A stretch of 64,000 nt of DNA from Lingula anatina (lineage: Eukaryota > Animalia > Brachiopoda): assembly GCA_051362555.1 (NCBI GenBank), contig CM120643.1:17488848-17552847 (forward strand), given 5' to 3'. The notes under the pieces were generated by a model. It was not told the origin of the DNA. It saw only the letters and a program-made list of their open reading frames with translations, and made no database searches. A program made the translations under genes and the position numbers. Shown piece after piece: positions 63,306 through 64,000 of the stretch; positions within the stretch are counted from its first letter, which is position 1; each line of letters opens with the position of its first letter.

Positions 63306-64000
63306 CATTATTAACTGCCACTTCCCCCCAAAAAAATCTCAAGCAGCAAATTGTTAAAAGGACTCTTCCTTGTTTTATCTGTAGATTAATACTTCGTTTT
63401 TGTAATCTGAGACAAGCATCAACGGGGACAAACTTCAAAAGTAGCGGCCAGGGTATGTTATACAAACTCATTCATATACTTGCATACAACAGGTCCAGTG
63501 ACCCACGTCATGAGAGCAACCCTGGCTTTATAACGTTTTGGTCTTGACACACATACTAGACTGGGTCCGTCCTTTATCATGTCATTGCAAAGCCTCAGGT
63601 ATTTCACCTTGTGTGATACCATCATTGTTATGGTCAACCATTGTTATAACCATACCTACATATCCTATGTACATTCCTCCATAAATCTACCTCTCCTACT
63701 CAGGCTCATAGAACATGATACCAGCTGTCATTTACTTGATTAATGATTCTATTATTAAACTAAACTAGCCAGTATAAATCAAAAATGAAATATACTATAA
63801 TTATTGACGTTATCAATATCATCATTTCGACATTTGAAACAAATTAGTCACTGATTAAAACATAATGGGTTTGGTCTGAATATTTCCAAAATGCCCGAGA
63901 GATTTACACTATGCTCGTTCATGTTTATTTTGGAAATATTAACATTAACGCGTCCAGTTTGTAAATATTCATTGGCACTGGGAAAACTGTCCTTGTTTAT

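Noticed and set aside
50000-64000. Numerous 60-100 aa ORFs in the track
   Set aside because: Low-complexity AT-rich translations with no motifs or consistent splice structure. A possible SINE remnant near 63440-63570 is too degraded to call.

Overview
AT-rich, intron-rich animal genomic DNA. It looks lophotrochozoan or mollusc-like, inferred only from the repeat types. From left to right there are three parts. (1) The last four coding exons of OSGEP/Kae1 on + (157-1693). (2) A ~12 kb nest of decayed transposons between two convergent host genes: a Harbinger-type spliced Myb/SANT gene, a RecQ-like (AcademH-type) helicase remnant, a 5'-truncated hAT, a GC-rich 3.5 kb Sola2-like DDD transposon with CAC termini and a C-terminal PHD finger, and two nested Gypsy fragments with one LTR and a tRNA-Pro PBS. 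(3) A large septin-7 gene on - (core exons 37514 to 17947). The septin gene has a 179-codon disordered alternative N-terminal exon with a candidate promoter, two unannotated frame-preserving acidic cassette exons, and candidate microexon/upstream exons. Its introns carry MITEs, a helicase-fragment-bearing long-TIR element, Helentron-type tandem repeats and a perfect 30-bp hairpin. All calls come from manual translation and motif recall; no database searches were run. I found no clearly new biological system. The best candidates for novelty are the PHD-bearing, CAC-ended Sola2-like element and the septin-7 isoform modules.
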